Assembly (NCBI GenBank): GCA_011375245.1
Contig: DRMA01000008.1
Coordinates: forward strand, 1-41,566
DNA from: Thiothrix sp.
GTDB lineage: Bacteria > Pseudomonadota > Gammaproteobacteria > Thiotrichales > Thiotrichaceae
DNA length: 41,566 nt
Reading direction: 5' to 3'
Under the pieces are notes generated by a model that ran no database searches, was not told where the DNA came from, and was given only the letters and a program-made list of their open reading frames with translations. The position numbers and the translations under genes are program-made. This document shows positions 27,228 to 36,274 of this stretch, piece by piece (position 1 is the stretch's first letter; the number at the start of each line of letters is the position of its first letter).

Positions 27228-27882
27228 AATAGAACATATCACACAAGGAAAAATGTCATTCATGGATATAGATAATAAACACGACAAAAAGAATAAAAGG
27301 AATAAAGCGTATTCACTCTATGTATTAAAGCTTGAAACAAAGCTGCATGAACTAGAACAACGCGAAGAGGCTGCTACACGCCGTTTGCAATTATTGGTCT
27401 ACCCAGCAACCATAGCGTTTACAATTCTTTCTGCTTATGGTTTTTATCTTGTCAGCACTTTAACAAAAGATGTTGCCCACATGGCTAACGCTGTAGAAAC
27501 GATCAATCAAAGCGTTGGTAAAAATATGGATATTATTTCAGACAATACCCGCAAAATGTCAAACCACATGAGTGGTCTCGTTACAAGTATGAATAGAATG
27601 AATACAAATGTAAGCAACCTTGCATTAACAACTAATGGAATGTCACAAAATGTAGGACAAATATCACTTTATACAGGGCATATGCAACAAGATCTATGGA
27701 GTTTAAATAAAAGCATTTCAAAGCCGCTTAGCATGTTGAACACGTTTATACCATGGCATGATAGTGCAAACTATCATTACTCAAGACTTTCTTTAGCCCC
27801 TTCCTATTTATTAGTACAACAGCCGTTGCAACCAAGCCCTCTTACTGATGTTGCAGCAATCAACCCTAATCATTTAAACTGA
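27220..27882 (+). CDS. Single-pass membrane protein with an Asn/Met/Ser-rich helical repeat region, function unknown
   Basis: 220-aa ORF whose start overlaps the glbO stop (ATGAATAG). It has one TM segment (LLVYPATIAFTILSAYGFYLV) followed by a repetitive N/M/S-rich segment. Confidence 0.65.
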   Translation: MNRIEHITQGKMSFMDIDNKHDKKNKRNKAYSLYVLKLETKLHELEQREEAATRRLQLLVYPATIAFTILSAYGFYLVSTLTKDVAHMANAVETINQSVGKNMDIISDNTRKMSNHMSGLVTSMNRMNTNVSNLALTTNGMSQNVGQISLYTGHMQQDLWSLNKSISKPLSMLNTFIPWHDSANYHYSRLSLAPSYLLVQQPLQPSPLTDVAAINPNHLN

Positions 27883-28036
27883 GATAATAATATTTTGGAT
27901 GATTATATAAGACGAATTAATCAGAAAGCATTATATTCTTCACGGAATACATGAGTTCTTAGGCAAGCATCTTTAGTTGACAAACAATAAGGGAATATGT
28001 TTAATTTATAATCAACATTAAACAAAAGCCCCACAA

Positions 28037-28954
28037 ATGAGTATAAACATACTAAAGCCCTTGATAGAAGATAAGATTAGTTTTTCAGCCAATAATTCTG
28101 AATTAAGTGTCTATAATACCTACGAAGCTTCTTCGCAAGTACGTTTTCAAGCTGATGAATTGTTGTTTGGCGCTATGCTTATTGGTCGTAAAGTGATGCA
28201 AACACAAAACATTAGAGAAAAACAGATATTTTTACCCCATGAAAGTTATATTATTGCGCCAAACGAAATCGTTGAAATTGATTTTCCTGAAGCAACGCTT
28301 GATACTCCAACAAAGTGTTTAGTTGTCGAGATTTCTAAAGAAAAAGTGAGGGCTATTAGCGAGCGTTTAAGTGATTCGCTTCCTATGCTAGAGGATATTA
28401 ATCACTGGCAACTAGGGCAGCCAGTACTACACACGCATCATACCACCGAGACACAACAGTTACTTTATCGTTTAACAAAATTGTTTAGTGAAAATGATCC
28501 TGATAGACAAATCTTAATTGATTTGCATGTATCAGAATTAATTATTCGCTTATTACGCCATAAAACCCGAGATTTTCTTCTCAGCTATTGCACAGCTAAT
28601 CCTGAAACTGATCGCCTAATGGCATCACTTAACTGGATTCGTAATAACCTATCGAAACCACTTGATGTTAATAAACTCTGTCGCCATGTGGGGATGAGTC
28701 GCAGTCGATTTTATGTAGAATTTAAGAAAAAATTAGCCTGTTCACCTGTAGAATTACAGCAACAATTACGCTTACAACGTGCGGCTGATCGTATTAAACA
28801 AGGTGAGGCAATAACAACAATTAGTTATGAACTAGGCTTTAATAACCCTAGCCATTTTTGTCAGCGTTTTAAAGGCTTTTTTGGATGCACAGCAACTGCA
28901 TTTAGACAGCGTTATCAAATTGATGAGGGAAAAAATACATCAACATTGGATTAA
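28037..28954 (+). CDS. AraC/XylS-family transcriptional regulator
   Basis: 305-aa ORF with a C-terminal double HTH (LCRHVGMSRSRFYVEFKK...ISYELGFNNPSHFCQRFKGFFG) and an N-terminal ligand-domain-like region. Confidence 0.85.
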   Translation: MSINILKPLIEDKISFSANNSELSVYNTYEASSQVRFQADELLFGAMLIGRKVMQTQNIREKQIFLPHESYIIAPNEIVEIDFPEATLDTPTKCLVVEISKEKVRAISERLSDSLPMLEDINHWQLGQPVLHTHHTTETQQLLYRLTKLFSENDPDRQILIDLHVSELIIRLLRHKTRDFLLSYCTANPETDRLMASLNWIRNNLSKPLDVNKLCRHVGMSRSRFYVEFKKKLACSPVELQQQLRLQRAADRIKQGEAITTISYELGFNNPSHFCQRFKGFFGCTATAFRQRYQIDEGKNTSTLD

Positions 28955-29228
28955 TTTTTTATTACTTCATGCTCATCACTATCAACATATTTTTGATAAA
29001 TTGAGATTAAACGCGTTGGACGAATTAGCCTATTAGACTGAATTGTTAATCAGCACATGAAAAATGCCTGATAAATATCAAGAAAAACAAAAAAATAACA
29101 AAAAGAATACTATTTAAAAACAGCAATGATAGAATCAGCAGCGGGTTTTCCTACAAGAGCACTAAACTTGATCGCTAATTCATCAAAATAACCAATGGTG
29201 GTTATTTACTATACGTTTTAGCACAAAA

Positions 29229-29257
29229 TTTACCATATTTTGTTTTACACGTATAAT
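29229..29257 (+). promoter_or_regulatory. Candidate sigma70 promoter for glnN
   Basis: TTTACC at 29229-29234, a 17-nt spacer, then TATAAT at 29252-29257, about 50 nt upstream of the start codon. Confidence 0.4.
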
Positions 29258-29306
29258 CACGACCTTCATCACCTTTTATACCATCAACTAACAGAGGAAA
29301 TACACT

Positions 29307-31481
29307 ATGAGTGGAAATTCTAATCGTCTGCAAGCAATTGATAACATTACCAACCAAGCGCCTATGGGACTAGGAACAACCAAGCCACTTGATAAAATCT
29401 GGGCAACTGATGTTTTTAATTTAGCGAAAATGGAAGATGCTTTATCAAAGAAAGCCTACAAAGCAATCAAAAAAACCATTCAAAAAGGCACTGCATTGGA
29501 TCCAGATATTGCAGAAGTAATTGCTGCCGCAATGAAAGAATGGGCAATATCAAAAGGGGCTAAATTCTTCTCACATATTTTCTACCCAATGACCAATGCT
29601 ACCGCTGAAAAGCATGATGGTTTTATCATTACTGACCCAAGTGGCAAAGCCATTACTGAGTTTACAGGTAGTCTACTGATTAAAGGCGAGCCTGATGGCT
29701 CTTCATTCCCTAATGGAGATATTCGCCAAACCAATGCAGCACGCGGTTACACAGCATGGGATCCAACCAGCCCTGCTTACCTTATGCAAACAGATAATGG
29801 CACGACCTTAATGATCCCAAGTGTCTTTATTTCATGGACAGGTGAAGCACTCGATAAAAAAGTCCCCCTACTTCGCTCTAATAAAGCGATGAATGAAGCC
29901 GCACAAAAAGTACTTGCATTAATGGGCGAAAAGAAAATCACACCATTAAATTCAAGCTGTGGTGCTGAGCAAGAATACTTCCTTGTTGATGAAAATTTTG
30001 CAAATAGCCGCCCTGACTTACTGCTAGCAGGTAGAACCTTATTTGGTGCTGCACCTGCTAAGGGTCAGCAGTTTGATGATCATTATTTTGGTGCCATTCC
30101 TGCCCGTGTTCAGGTTTATATGCAAGACATAGAAGATCAGCTTTATCGTTTAGGCATTCCTGCTAAAACCCATCATAACGAAGTGGCTCCTGGTCAATTT
30201 GAGCTTGCTCCCTACTTTGAAGCAGCAAACGTAGCGGCTGATCACCAGCAGTTGACCATGACGGTCTTTAAACTCACCGCAAAAAAACATGGCTTCGTTT
30301 GTTTATTCCATGAAAAACCATTTGCAGGTATTAATGGTTCAGGTAAACACGTTAACTGGTCTGTGGGTAACTCAACACAAGGTAACTTGCTTGATCCAGG
30401 CGATACGCCACGTGAAAATCTTAACTTTTTACTTTTCTGTGGTGCCGTTATTCGTGGTGTGCATTTATTTGGTCCATTACTGCGTGCCGTTATTGCTTCA
30501 GCAGGTAATGACCATCGTTTGGGTGCGAATGAAGCACCTCCTGCGATTTTATCGGTTTACCTTGGTGAGCAACTAGAGCAAATCTACAAAGACATCCAAG
30601 ACGGAAAAGTAACCCCTGATGCAGATGGCGGTTTAATGGATTTAGGTCTATCACAAATCATTCCTTTCCCGCGTGATCCAGGTGATCGTAACCGTACGTC
30701 ACCGTTTGCTTTCACAGGTAACCGTTTTGAGTTTCGTGCTGTTGGTTCAGCACAGTCTGTTTCTGGCCCATTAGTTGCCATGAACACGATGTTAGCCGAT
30801 TCATTAAACTGGATTGCAGGTCAACTAGAAACAAAACTGGATAGCGGCACAAGTCAAACCGATGCCGTACTTGAAGTGATTAAAGACTTGATGGATGCGC
30901 ATGGTAATGCCGTCTTTGGTGGTGATGGCTATTCATCAGAATGGCATAAAATGGCAGTTGATGAGCGTGGTTTAAAGAACTTACCCACATCAGCAGATGC
31001 CTTACCTTACTTCAAAGATGATGCTGTAAAAGCATTATTCTCAAGTACAGGTGTTTTATCGGAGACTGAATTAGAAAGCCGTTATAATGTCTATACCGAG
31101 CAATACATTGCAACCGTTGAAATGGAAGCTAACCTTGTTGTTGAAATGGCAAAAACTACTATTTATCCAACAGCAATGACGTATTTAGCAGAGCTTGCAA
31201 CAACTAATGCCAGCATGAGTGCAATGGGTATTGATATGGATAAAAGTGTTGCAGAAACAGTAGCGGCTGAAGCCAATGCAATGATTGCAGCCGTTGACAA
31301 ATTATCAGCAGCTATTGCAATGCATGATTTTGATGATACGGATGCGCATATGCAGCATTGTGCAGGAAACATCTTACCGCTTATGCTTGAGATTCGCGCA
31401 CATGCTGACACACTTGAAACTGAAATCTCTGATGAGCTATGGCCACTTGCAAAGTATCGTGAAATGCTTTTTATTAAGTAA
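29307..31481 (+). CDS. glnN: Glutamine synthetase type III
   Basis: 724-aa length with motifs HNEVAPGQFELAP, GSGKHVNWS and NRTSPFAFTGNRFEFRAVGS, all typical of GSIII. Confidence 0.9.
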   Translation: MSGNSNRLQAIDNITNQAPMGLGTTKPLDKIWATDVFNLAKMEDALSKKAYKAIKKTIQKGTALDPDIAEVIAAAMKEWAISKGAKFFSHIFYPMTNATAEKHDGFIITDPSGKAITEFTGSLLIKGEPDGSSFPNGDIRQTNAARGYTAWDPTSPAYLMQTDNGTTLMIPSVFISWTGEALDKKVPLLRSNKAMNEAAQKVLALMGEKKITPLNSSCGAEQEYFLVDENFANSRPDLLLAGRTLFGAAPAKGQQFDDHYFGAIPARVQVYMQDIEDQLYRLGIPAKTHHNEVAPGQFELAPYFEAANVAADHQQLTMTVFKLTAKKHGFVCLFHEKPFAGINGSGKHVNWSVGNSTQGNLLDPGDTPRENLNFLLFCGAVIRGVHLFGPLLRAVIASAGNDHRLGANEAPPAILSVYLGEQLEQIYKDIQDGKVTPDADGGLMDLGLSQIIPFPRDPGDRNRTSPFAFTGNRFEFRAVGSAQSVSGPLVAMNTMLADSLNWIAGQLETKLDSGTSQTDAVLEVIKDLMDAHGNAVFGGDGYSSEWHKMAVDERGLKNLPTSADALPYFKDDAVKALFSSTGVLSETELESRYNVYTEQYIATVEMEANLVVEMAKTTIYPTAMTYLAELATTNASMSAMGIDMDKSVAETVAAEANAMIAAVDKLSAAIAMHDFDDTDAHMQHCAGNILPLMLEIRAHADTLETEISDELWPLAKYREMLFIK

Positions 31482-31537
31482 TTCGTACTTAGTAACATGC
31501 TAGCAACATACTAGCAACACGCTAGAAATAGTTAGTT

Positions 31538-31569
31538 TCATCAACCTTACAGAATTGCAAGGTTGATGA
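31538..31569 (+). terminator. Strong stem-loop downstream of glnN, without a U tract
   Basis: Perfect 11-bp stem tcatcaacctt/aaggttgatga with a 10-nt loop. It abuts the family A element. Confidence 0.4.
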
Positions 31570-31577
31570 GATAAAAA

Positions 31578-31713
31578 CCAAAAATATTTTAACGAAATAA
31601 TAAAGACGTGGTAGAGCGGATAAGGTACGCCATCCGCCGCATGGCTACGTAACATGGTGGATGGGGGGCCTTATCCACCCTACGAAGTTATGCTCTATTT
31701 GTTAGAATAATTA
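31578..31713. mobile_element. Family A element, full-length MITE-like copy of about 135 bp
   Basis: AT-rich terminal arms (aaaatattttaacgaaataat ... tatttgttagaataatta) flank two inverted GGATAAGG..CCATCC palindromes. It is the reverse orientation of the copy at 40138-40280. Confidence 0.75.
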
Positions 31714-31740
31714 CGTTCATTTTTACCTGACTATCTATAT

Positions 31741-32064
31741 TTACAATGTACTAACTGCTTCCCTTGCTGCTCGTCGTCTTCCTTTAACGAGTGCTGTTGT
31801 TCTTTTCTTTGCCAGTGCCGCGCTCTCGCTTGGCTTGACGCTTACAGAAAGAACGGAATGTACATTCGCTTCTTCCACTTCTTCATATTTAGCTCTTCTT
31901 CGAGAAATATGCCTTTGCCCTTTTGCTTTAAGCCTATCATGCGCCACTTTAATACGTTGCAATTGTTGTTTACACAATAGATGCTTTAAGAAAATCCCCA
32001 CAAACAACCCCATAGTAAAGATAAGTAACGATAGAAATAAGGTTTGTATAACAAAATAGAACAT
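31741..32064 (-). CDS. Small membrane-anchored basic protein, function unknown
   Basis: 107-aa ORF with an N-terminal TM segment (FVIQTLFLSLLIFTMGLFVGIFL) and an Arg/Lys-rich tail. I recognised no homology. Confidence 0.5.
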   Translation of the reverse strand: MFYFVIQTLFLSLLIFTMGLFVGIFLKHLLCKQQLQRIKVAHDRLKAKGQRHISRRRAKYEEVEEANVHSVLSVSVKPSESAALAKKRTTALVKGRRRAAREAVSTL

Positions 32065-32076
32065 TAATTTGCCTTT

Positions 32077-32190
32077 TTAATTTACCTGTTGATCAGACTT
32101 GTTAGATGTGCGAAAAAGTAGCCCTAACACCAAGCCAAAGAGAAAAAAAACGATTAGCCAACCATAAAGCTGAGAAAATAAATAAGACAT
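32077..32190 (-). CDS. Possible 37-aa membrane micro-protein, not in the ORF track
   Basis: My translation is MSYLFSQLYGWLIVFFLFGLVLGLLFRTSNKSDQQVN. It lies 12 nt upstream of the 107-aa ORF on the same strand. The ribosome-binding site is weak. Confidence 0.3.
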   Translation of the reverse strand: MSYLFSQLYGWLIVFFLFGLVLGLLFRTSNKSDQQVN

Positions 32191-32440
32191 ACCAGTAACC
32201 CTGTATTTAGTAACAAATTATTGAGAAATAAATACTCAGATAATCACATTCACACTGACAAACTCAGCAAGCCATGTGAGTTATCTGACTTTCTATATAT
32301 CAGTTAACAATCCAGTCTGCTAGGAATCGCCCTTCAACCTCACTAAAATCGCTATGCTCCAACGTTCGGTTTAGTGCAGTTCCTACGGTTCTTAACAGAC
32401 TTCAAACCGTAAACTACTTTTGGCATTATTTATGAAGCTA

Positions 32441-33856
32441 TTACTTAGCAACCAATTGCTTATTTGCGACTGAAAAAGTAATACGACGGTTTTTTGCTCT
32501 ACCTGCTTTAGTCGCATTAGATGCAATTGGATCTGCTTCACCAAAACCTTTTGCCTTTAACAACGTGGATGCTATACCTTTCTTACTAAGATAACGTTTA
32601 ACTGCATCAGCACGCCGTTGACTTAAGGTAGTATTATAACGATCATTGCCTTTGCTATCGGTATAACCATTAATGATTATTTTTGTCCCTTTCAAAACAG
32701 ATTTACAGCTTGTAATGATTGCAACAATACTATCGAGAAGGGTTCTACTGTCCTGTTTAATGTGTGCTTTATTCGTCGAAAAATGAATACTTTTACCCGA
32801 CATGGCTTGGTCAAGATCACCTTGACAGGCGATAATAGCTTTTGTAAGCGTAGTAGAAGAATCCAGCGTAACAGATTGCTCAGCATCATTTTTTTCCCTA
32901 ACAAGACGATCCTTCAGGGTAAAACTAAAACCTGTTGTTCTAATAAAGTCCTTTGCAGCCAATCTTAATTTTTTGTGAGTTATACCATCTATGTTGCCTG
33001 ATAAAGTCAAACGCCCCTCTTTCGGCAAAATACCATGACTCACAACCAACTGGTTATTAATACTTTTCATATATAACGGTTTAGAAATAGCATTAACGAT
33101 ATCATCTATTTGTGCTTGGGAAGCAAGCTTGCCTTTTAGAATAATTTGCCCATTTCTCATATGTGCCATTATATTAGCAGGTTGCATAGGGCTATTAACC
33201 AGCACCTTGTCTGTTACAGGCATACTTAACAACCCTTGTACATGATTGTGTAATGTCATTTTTTCTGCTGTTGAGTGAACCGATCCTGACAATACAGGTA
33301 CACCTTTTGCCAGCATCAGCGTTACTTTACCCGTCGTTTTCAAAATAGGAAATAAGAGTTTGCTATCGCTCAGCCATGTAGGAGAAGTAATGTTATCAGC
33401 AACCGTTAATTGGTTATTGACATTGTTTGCACCATAAAAAGATTGAGCGCTTTCCACAAAGTCATTGATCTGCTCCTGTGATGGAAAAACGCCTGTTAAT
33501 AGCAATGTCCCTTGCTCTGCTGTCAATACTAACGTTGGAGGCATTTGTTTTAGTACTATAATCGCATTGTTAACAACCCTAACACCTTCCATTCGGTTGA
33601 CCAGTTTAACAACTTGCTTACGCTCTTTCTCAGTTGCCACTGAGCCAGATAACAATACATCTCGACCGCGCTGCTCAAGCGTAACCACTGCACCCTTTAT
33701 GCCTTCTTTGCTAAGTTGCTGTTGAACACGTGCTTGTAAGTTATTTTCTATAGATGGTTGTTTTACTGTTAGCATAAAAAAATAGAGCAACGCTAAACCA
33801 AGCAGCATAGACGACCACCACCAGCTTTTTGATAAGCCAGTACAACGTGTAAACAT
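32441..33856 (-). CDS. OmpA-family protein with an N-terminal TM segment and several BON-like domains
   Basis: 471-aa ORF with repeated ...V.V....G.V.LSG.V.S...K units. The C-terminal OmpA_C region reads NGYTDSKGNDRYNTTLSQRRADAVKRYL...GFGEADPIASN...NRRITF. Confidence 0.85.
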   Translation of the reverse strand: MFTRCTGLSKSWWWSSMLLGLALLYFFMLTVKQPSIENNLQARVQQQLSKEGIKGAVVTLEQRGRDVLLSGSVATEKERKQVVKLVNRMEGVRVVNNAIIVLKQMPPTLVLTAEQGTLLLTGVFPSQEQINDFVESAQSFYGANNVNNQLTVADNITSPTWLSDSKLLFPILKTTGKVTLMLAKGVPVLSGSVHSTAEKMTLHNHVQGLLSMPVTDKVLVNSPMQPANIMAHMRNGQIILKGKLASQAQIDDIVNAISKPLYMKSINNQLVVSHGILPKEGRLTLSGNIDGITHKKLRLAAKDFIRTTGFSFTLKDRLVREKNDAEQSVTLDSSTTLTKAIIACQGDLDQAMSGKSIHFSTNKAHIKQDSRTLLDSIVAIITSCKSVLKGTKIIINGYTDSKGNDRYNTTLSQRRADAVKRYLSKKGIASTLLKAKGFGEADPIASNATKAGRAKNRRITFSVANKQLVAK

Positions 33857-34064
33857 AATGTAACCTTAGATGTAAAATTGGGGGTTAGGAGAGAACTCCT
33901 TGTCCAAACATTATAACCAATTATCAGCTAAAGGTCATTATTTAACGAAATCAACTTGACTTATCATTTAAAGCAAAAAATTCTATAAAATAAAGTATTT
34001 ATAGCTCTATTATTAAGCATAATCATGGTTTTTTAACCACATTAATGACGTAAAAAAACAACGT

Positions 34065-35138
34065 TTATAAATACCATAATGCCTGAATTTCATTGGCTAA
34101 CATTGGCTTAATATCAAACTCAGTAAACGCCTTTGAACGTGTTCCTGTTGCAATTGTTACACATTCTTCATCTCGACCTTGGCTATAACGCGCGGTGATT
34201 CGTGCAGCTAATTCAATATCGTCGGCAGAAATGTCATTGCCATCCATTAGGGTCAATGGTCCTGCACAGCTTGCTGTTTTAAGCCAAATAAACTTATTTT
34301 TGTACCCTTCCATAAAACGTGTCTCACCCTCTTCACGTGCAATAATCAGTTTAAAGTTCTTTTTAGGGCGTAAATGGCGACCTGTCTTGAGCAACATAAT
34401 ATCGTCCAACTCATAATATTTATCACCGCGGTTTTGCCACAGATCTTTCAATTTATCCGAATAATTCGGATCTGTGAGAAAACAACAACCACCTGCGGGC
34501 TGGGCATATTCATCAAACCCCCAATGATTGGCTAATGCAATTTGTGGTTTACGACTTCTGCCTGAAAAGCCATAGAGTTTTTCCCGATCAATCCAATTTT
34601 CTAGCTCAGGTTTGGTTGCAGGTAAGTTTTTTGCACATAATGGACGCAAGAGTAAATCATCAGCCCCTGACTCATTGGCAATAATCGGCATGGTTTCCTT
34701 ACGTTGTGACATCGGACGTTGACCAATGACTTCTCCCGTAATCATAAAATCAAAGTCATTTTCCATCATCCATTGCTTCGCTTTATTCACCATAAAGATT
34801 TTGCAATCTAAACAAGGATTAAGGTTTGCGCCATAACCATGTTTTGGATTAATCACCACATCTTTGTACTCATCAACAATATCAATAATATGTAGCTTTA
34901 TACCTAATTGTTCTGCTACCCATAACGCATTATTACGCTTTGGCTTCGCTTTATCTTTTTTACGAATCGCATGCGTATGCCCTTCAACACAAAAGCCCGT
35001 AAAGAAATTAATTCCTTCCACATGGATGCCTTGTTCAAGCATTGCTTTAGTCGCGAGAAGAGAATCTAAACCACCTGATATAAGGGAGACTGCTTTACGT
35101 TGTTTATCGTGTATATCCATGTTTTTTATCCATCTCAA
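34065..35138 (-). CDS. PP-loop ATP pyrophosphatase superfamily protein (ThiI/MnmA-like, likely a tRNA sulfurtransferase); subgroup not identified
   Basis: 357-aa ORF with the PP-loop SLISGGLDSLLA and, further on, NPCLDCKIFM (MnmA-like Cys region). An alternative start is at 35120. Confidence 0.8.
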   Translation of the reverse strand: MRWIKNMDIHDKQRKAVSLISGGLDSLLATKAMLEQGIHVEGINFFTGFCVEGHTHAIRKKDKAKPKRNNALWVAEQLGIKLHIIDIVDEYKDVVINPKHGYGANLNPCLDCKIFMVNKAKQWMMENDFDFMITGEVIGQRPMSQRKETMPIIANESGADDLLLRPLCAKNLPATKPELENWIDREKLYGFSGRSRKPQIALANHWGFDEYAQPAGGCCFLTDPNYSDKLKDLWQNRGDKYYELDDIMLLKTGRHLRPKKNFKLIIAREEGETRFMEGYKNKFIWLKTASCAGPLTLMDGNDISADDIELAARITARYSQGRDEECVTIATGTRSKAFTEFDIKPMLANEIQALWYL

Positions 35139-35348
35139 TTAAGAGCATCCATAAGGTGCATTAAAATAATGCGCTGAAGTATATCAGCGAATTTCATTCT
35201 TTAGTCCTAAAATACTTACATTAAGCAATAGCACAGATTGGTTGCTATACGTATATGGCGTATACTGCGCCAGCATTAACATTACATTGCACCGTACTGC
35301 ATTCTAGCCCTCTTTAAAATCACCAAACCATCGCATGGATTAGATTAC

Positions 35349-36272
35349 ATGGATCAACTAAAAAATGATGTATCAACCTTTCAAGGTCTTATACTATCAC
35401 TCCAAAACTATTGGGCAGCGCATGGCTGCGTGTTAATGCAACCCTACGATATAGAAATGGGTGCGGGGACGTTTCATCCTTCCACTTTTTTACGCTCGAT
35501 TGGTCCCGAACCGTGGAATTCAGCCTATGTGCAACCTTGCCGCCGACCAACTGATGGGCGCTATGGCGAAAATCCAAATCGCTTGCAGCACTACTATCAG
35601 TTTCAAGTGATGCTCAAACCCTCACCTGACAACATTCAAGAACTCTATCTTGAATCCTTACAACAACTGGGAATTGATCCATTAGTACACGATATTCGTT
35701 TTGTTGAAGACAACTGGGAATCCCCTACCCTTGGTGCATGGGGTTTAGGCTGGGAAATTTGGCTCAATGGTATGGAAGTAACCCAATTCACCTATTTTCA
35801 ACAAGTGGGAGGGCTTGAATGCAAACCTGTCACGGGTGAAATTACCTATGGTCTTGAACGAATAGCGATGTATTTGCAAGGGGTTAAAAGTATCTATGAT
35901 CTCGTGTGGACAGAAGGGCCACAAGGCACAGTCACTTATGGTGATGTGTTTCATCAAAATGAAGTTGAACAATCGCATTACAACTTTGAACAAGCGAATA
36001 CCGATATCCTCTTTACACAATTTAATACAGCAGAAACTGAAAGCCAACGCCTTATTGCTGCCAAACTCGCCCTCCCTGCTTATGAAAAAATGCTCAATGC
36101 CTCACACATATTTAACTTGCTTGACGCACGACGTGCCATCTCAGTCACTGAACGACAGCGTTATATTTTAAGAATAAGAAGCTTATCGCGTGCCATTGCT
36201 GAAGCCTATTATGTATCACGCGAAAGCTTAGGTTTCCCTCTAGTGACCAATCAGGCGAACAACGGAGAATAA
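35349..36272 (+). CDS. glyQ: Glycine--tRNA ligase alpha subunit
   Basis: 307-aa ORF. The segment [25 protein letters not shown]...GAGTFHP closely parallels E. coli GlyQ. Confidence 0.95.
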   Translation: MDQLKNDVSTFQGLILSLQNYWAAHGCVLMQPYDIEMGAGTFHPSTFLRSIGPEPWNSAYVQPCRRPTDGRYGENPNRLQHYYQFQVMLKPSPDNIQELYLESLQQLGIDPLVHDIRFVEDNWESPTLGAWGLGWEIWLNGMEVTQFTYFQQVGGLECKPVTGEITYGLERIAMYLQGVKSIYDLVWTEGPQGTVTYGDVFHQNEVEQSHYNFEQANTDILFTQFNTAETESQRLIAAKLALPAYEKMLNASHIFNLLDARRAISVTERQRYILRIRSLSRAIAEAYYVSRESLGFPLVTNQANNGE

Positions 36273-36274
36273 TA

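Noticed and set aside
28955-29306. Sigma54 (-24/-12) promoter or glutamine riboswitch upstream of glnN
   Set aside because: The best GG..GC candidate (TTGGACGAATTAGCC) has the wrong GG-to-GC spacing (10 instead of 12). I found no glnA-RNA-like motifs. A sigma70-type TTTACC-N17-TATAAT fits better.
32290-32420. Apparent similarity between the 32290-32420 spacer and the arg spacer (gaatcgcccttcaacc vs gattcccttcgcca; ggttcttaacagac vs gttcttaaagaacac)
   Set aside because: Only short, gapped matches were found by eye. That is not enough to claim a third repeat family without a real alignment.
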